Origin: Candidatus Dormiibacterota bacterium
GTDB taxonomy: Bacteria; Chloroflexota; Dormibacteria; Aeolococcales; Aeolococcaceae
Reading direction: 5' to 3'
Assembly: GCA_963709585.1 (NCBI GenBank)
Contig: CAVPXI010000014.1
Coordinates: 416,001-480,000 of the forward strand
DNA: 64,000 bases
The notes under the pieces were generated by a model. The model saw only the letters and a list, made by a program, of their open reading frames with translations. It was not told where the DNA came from and did no database searches. Both the position numbers and the translations under genes were made by a program. Positions 61,134 to 64,000 of this stretch are shown here, piece after piece. Position 1 is the stretch's first letter. Each line of letters opens with the position of its first letter.

Positions 61134-62000
61134 TCAGTCCGGGGGCGTGCCTCCCGGCCATGGGAGTGCGGCAAAGCCGATCGTCCCCGGGCCAGTGTGC
61201 GCGCCGAAGATCGGGCTCAACGGCAGGCTCTCGCAGCGAACCACGTGGATCGCCTCACTCAGGTGTACCGCGAGGTCGGCGGCTTCGTCGGCTGCGTCAG
61301 CGTGGAAGACCATCAGCCACTGGGGCCCGGGACCGAGCTCGTCGACGGCCACGCGCACCAGTTGACGGATCGCGCCGCCGGCGGTGCGCGTGAGGCCTAC
61401 CCTGCCGGTGCTGCCTCCCTCGACGAGGCGGAAGACTGGGCGGACCCGCAGCGTGTTGGAGATCCCGGCGAGGAGCGCCGGGACTCGCCCCGTCCTGGCG
61501 ACGTACGTCAGCGTCGCCAGGGCGCCGTACACGCGGACCTGGTCGCAGGCGGTGCGGATCGCCGTCGCCCAGGCGCCGGCGTCCTCGGTCGTCTCGGCGA
61601 GGTTGGCGGCCCACCGCGCGATCAACGAGAACCCAGCCACCGCTGTCCCGGTGTCGATGACCGTGACCCGGCGCCGCCCCTCCTCCGCCTCGAGCATGCC
61701 GGCGGCGAGGTTAGCGGTCGAGTGCATCGCACTCCAGCGCTCCGGGATGGTGAGGCACAGGATCGAGTCGGCGTCACTCCGCCGGAACACGTCCAGGTAC
61801 GCCCCCGGCGACGGCGTCGACGTCGCGCTCACCCCCCCGCCGCGGAGCGCGGCGTAGAACGCCGCGTACGCAGCGGTATTCCCGTCATCGACGAACTCCC
61901 GGCCCCCGACGGTGATCCGCTGGGGCACGACCGCAATACCCCGCTCCAGGTCCTCCTGGAGCGCGGCACCGCCATCCACGACGAGCGCTCTATCCCTCAC
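61134..62000 (-). CDS. DegV family fatty-acid-binding protein (FakB-like)
   Basis: TSTPSPG, VIDTG, L.Y..RTGR, HAD, GAHTGPGTIG. Confidence 0.9.
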   Translation of the reverse strand: MRDRALVVDGGAALQEDLERGIAVVPQRITVGGREFVDDGNTAAYAAFYAALRGGGVSATSTPSPGAYLDVFRRSDADSILCLTIPERWSAMHSTANLAAGMLEAEEGRRRVTVIDTGTAVAGFSLIARWAANLAETTEDAGAWATAIRTACDQVRVYGALATLTYVARTGRVPALLAGISNTLRVRPVFRLVEGGSTGRVGLTRTAGGAIRQLVRVAVDELGPGPQWLMVFHADAADEAADLAVHLSEAIHVVRCESLPLSPIFGAHTGPGTIGFAALPWPGGTPPD

Positions 62001-62025
62001 CGCCGCCTACCGTACACAAGCGCCC

Positions 62026-62730
62026 ATGATTGTCGGCGTCATGATCTCCCCGTGGGTTGTCGCGGGCTGGTGCCTCGGTGCCTACCTCATCGGCGGCCTG
62101 CCGGTCGGCTGGCTGCTGGTGCGCCGCAAGCGCTATGGGCTCGACCTGCGCCATTTTGGCAGCGGCAACATCGGCACGAGCAACGCGTACCGGCATGCCG
62201 GCGTCGACATCGCGGTGATCGTCGGCCCGCTCCAGTTCGCCCAGGGATTCCTGCCGGTGCTGGCGGCGCGCCTCGCGGGGCTGCCGCTCACCGCGGCGAT
62301 GCTCATCGGAGTCTGCACGGTGGCCGGCAACGGCTGGCCGGTGTACATGCGCTTCAACGGCGGGCGCGGGGTCGCTGTGGCCACTGGTGCCATTGCGGCG
62401 CTCTCGGTCGCCGGGCTGATTGCGCTCCTGATGTGTTTCGCCTGGGGGGCCATTCGCGGCCGGATCGCCATCGCGGTGATGGTGGGGTTCGTCCTGCTCC
62501 CCGTGGTCGCGCTGGTCTTTGGTGGTTCCGACGGATGGATCCTCGGCGGCGGCTGCCTAGCGATTCTGGTGCTGCTCCTGCTCCGCCGCCTCGAGGGGCT
62601 TCCCCGCGACGCGCGCACCTACGGGCATTTCTGGCGGCGCGTGTACCAGCGTCTCGTCTTCGATGAGCGCCCGGGCCGGCCGCTCATGGGTCCGCGCACG
62701 GATCCCGGCGCGAACACGCTGCGCCACTGA
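62026..62730 (+). CDS. plsY: glycerol-3-phosphate acyltransferase (start 62026 or 62041)
   Basis: YLIGGLPVG, DLRHFGSGNIGTSNAYR, GNGWPVY.RFNGGRGVA. Confidence 0.85.
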   Translation: MIVGVMISPWVVAGWCLGAYLIGGLPVGWLLVRRKRYGLDLRHFGSGNIGTSNAYRHAGVDIAVIVGPLQFAQGFLPVLAARLAGLPLTAAMLIGVCTVAGNGWPVYMRFNGGRGVAVATGAIAALSVAGLIALLMCFAWGAIRGRIAIAVMVGFVLLPVVALVFGGSDGWILGGGCLAILVLLLLRRLEGLPRDARTYGHFWRRVYQRLVFDERPGRPLMGPRTDPGANTLRH

Positions 62731-62745
62731 GCGGGCGCGTCGCGG

Positions 62746-63618
62746 TCAAGGCTCGTAGATCTCGCCAAAGGGGTACCACCACTCCGGGCTGCGCCGGATC
62801 GCCGCCTCCAGCCCCGTCGCGATGCGTTGCGTGACCTCGGCGTCAGTATCCGCGGGCCCGATGACCACCGGCGGGTGGACGACCAGGCGGTAGAGCCCGC
62901 GATATCGCCAGCAGTCGACGGGCAGGACCGGCACCTTTGCCACCCGCGCGAGCCATGCGGCGGCGGTGCTGAAGCCAACCCTGCCACCGCAGAAGTCGAC
63001 CACAACGGTCTCGCCTCGGTCGGGGATGTCGCTGAGGATGGCGGCGAACCTGCCCCGACGCACCGCCCGGATGAGCCTGCGCGCCGCGTTCGACGACACC
63101 AGCACCTCGAGATCCTGGCGCCGCCTCGCCCACGCGGCGATCCGGGTGACCAGGTCATTGCCGACGGGCGCCATCACGGCGGTCACGCGCAGGCCGGACG
63201 CGAGCCCGCACCCCGCGGCGACGTCCCAGCTCCCGAAGTGGGCGAGCGCGAACACTCCCCCGCCGTGCTCCTCGATCGCCGCGTGGGCGTTCTCCAGCCC
63301 GTAGGCGCGGAAATGGCGGTGCATCGCGTGCGCCGGGACCCCGTACTGCCAGACGAAGTCGACCGACGTTCGCGCGTAGTTTCGGAAGGACGCGAGGGCG
63401 CGCCGGCGCGCGGCTCGGGCATCGAGGCCGGGATCGAGGCGCCGGTGGTTCGCGGCGCAGCGGCGCCGGCTCGCGGGCGAGCCCGCGTACACGCAGGTGC
63501 CGATGACATCGCCGAGTGCGTACCGGCCGGGGCCGAGCAGCCGGAGGCCCAGGCTCGCCGTCCACATGCAGGCGCGAAGGGCTCTCGAGGGGGGCTCGAG
63601 CAGCGTGTCCGGCGTCAA
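62746..63618 (-). CDS. LpxL/PatA-family lipid acyltransferase
   Basis: HFGSWD, LSD....V.VDFCG, IRRSPEWWY. Confidence 0.85.
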   Translation of the reverse strand: MTPDTLLEPPSRALRACMWTASLGLRLLGPGRYALGDVIGTCVYAGSPASRRRCAANHRRLDPGLDARAARRRALASFRNYARTSVDFVWQYGVPAHAMHRHFRAYGLENAHAAIEEHGGGVFALAHFGSWDVAAGCGLASGLRVTAVMAPVGNDLVTRIAAWARRRQDLEVLVSSNAARRLIRAVRRGRFAAILSDIPDRGETVVVDFCGGRVGFSTAAAWLARVAKVPVLPVDCWRYRGLYRLVVHPPVVIGPADTDAEVTQRIATGLEAAIRRSPEWWYPFGEIYEP

Positions 63619-64000
63619 AGCACCTTGCGTGCCTGGTCCGGCTGGAGCGCGACGTGGTGCTTGGCGATGATCTCGCGCACCGTTCCGCTCTGGGCGCGCA
63701 TCACCAGGCTGTGGGTCTCAGCCCACCAGTTGTGGTAGCGAACGCCGCGAAGCAGGCCCCCACCGCTGATGCCGGTCACCGCCACGCTCACCTCGCGTCC
63801 GGGGACGAGTTGCTCCATGCTCAGCAGCGCCTCCGGGTCGTAGCCCGCCTCGCGCATCGCCGCGGCCTCGTCCTCGTGGCGCACCCACGGGCGGCACTGC
63901 AGCTCGCCGCCGAGGCAGCGCATCGCACAGGCGGCGACAATCGCCTCGCGCGTCCCACCCGACCCGATCATCACGTCGATTCCGGAGCCGGGCCAGGCTG
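63615..64000 (-). CDS. glpX: class II fructose-1,6-bisphosphatase, 3' part
   Basis: GIDVMIGSGGTRE, A.RCLGGE.Q.R, TGISGG.LL.GVRY, THSLVMR..SGTVR.I...H. Confidence 0.88.
   Translation of the reverse strand, partial: AWPGSGIDVMIGSGGTREAIVAACAMRCLGGELQCRPWVRHEDEAAAMREAGYDPEALLSMEQLVPGREVSVAVTGISGGGLLRGVRYHNWWAETHSLVMRAQSGTVREIIAKHHVALQPDQARKVL

Overview
High-GC bacterial genomic window; gene content and order suggest a Terrabacteria soil lineage such as Ca. Dormibacterota or Chloroflexota (inference only). Four blocks are visible. (1) 1-21 kb is an accessory mosaic. It holds a three-gene operon (TIGR04222-type membrane protein with a (CGG)6C tail, DUF692/MNIO enzyme, partner protein), a DUF222/HNH gene behind an SOS-box-like site, two paralogous ECF sigma/anti-sigma pairs with different sensor domains, five copies of their promoter cassette, several lipoproteins, an NTF2-lipoprotein/HK/RR/adenylate-cyclase operon, and degenerate RHS-core-like scars between genes. 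(2) 21-41.5 kb is core housekeeping on the minus strand: protease, radical SAM, rpmE, DUF1385, prfA, prmC, tsaC, glyA, a WecA/TagO-like transferase, the atp operon, and an APH kinase plus acyl-CoA dehydrogenase. A Phd-like/MazF-like toxin-antitoxin pair is inserted into it in the opposite orientation. (3) 41.6-59.8 kb holds an IS1595-family element with passenger genes and a cell-surface glycosylation island, including a phosphoesterase with three near-identical 474-bp domain repeats. (4) 60-64 kb holds lipid genes (flippase-like, DegV, plsY, acyltransferase) and a partial glpX. Many single-base frameshifts, including one in atpA, suggest sequencing or assembly indel errors, so pseudogene calls are tentative. 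No rRNA, tRNA or CRISPR array was recognised. All family assignments come from motif recognition by eye, not from database searches.
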